Source of the DNA: Macrostomum lignano
Taxonomy: Eukaryota
Direction of reading: 5' to 3'
DNA length: 38,344 nt
Assembly: GCA_002269645.1 (NCBI GenBank)
Contig: NIVC01002049.1
Coordinates: forward strand, 1-38,344
Position 1 is the stretch's first letter; each line of letters opens with the position of its first letter. Shown here in pieces: positions 38,275 through 38,344 of this stretch. The position numbers were made by a program, and so were the translations under genes. The notes below the pieces were generated by a model, which ran no database searches, was not told where the DNA came from, and saw only the letters and a list, made by a program, of their open reading frames with translations.

Positions 38275-38344
38275 CTGCCTGTCTGTCTGTCTGTGTGTCT
38301 GTCTGTCTGTCTGTATTTATCTGTCTGTGTGTCTGTCTGTCTCA
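38275..38344. repeat. (GTCT)n microsatellite at the right edge
   Basis: Read directly. Confidence 0.85.

Overview
Eukaryotic (animal) genomic DNA: AT-rich introns and intergenic DNA, GC-rich exons with GT-AG splice sites, and many (GACA)n and minisatellite arrays. This style suggests an invertebrate such as a Macrostomum-like flatworm (inference only). The main result is that the four separate + strand ORFs at 1451-5860 (three ankyrin ORFs and a caspase ORF) join in frame through three phase-2 GT-AG introns. The model join(1451..2313,2457..3116,3919..4692,4975..5860) gives 3183 nt, a predicted 1060-aa caspase whose prodomain is about 20 ankyrin repeats instead of a CARD or DED. It faces two long minus-strand ORFs: a B-box-like/coiled-coil/NHL protein and a BIR-BIR-RING IAP, so this is a compact cell-death/ubiquitin cluster. 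Further right are two ciliary genes, a PIERCE1/2-like gene and a FLACC1/ALS2CR12-like gene carrying a +1 frameshift; FLACC1 neighbours CASP8 in human. Mobile elements include a tRNA-headed SINE with TSD, a hAT MITE with an 8-bp TSD and a 5'-truncated RNase H-bearing LINE with TSD. There are also many tandem repeats. Family assignments come from motif recognition and recall, not database searches; the splice models need RNA-seq confirmation.
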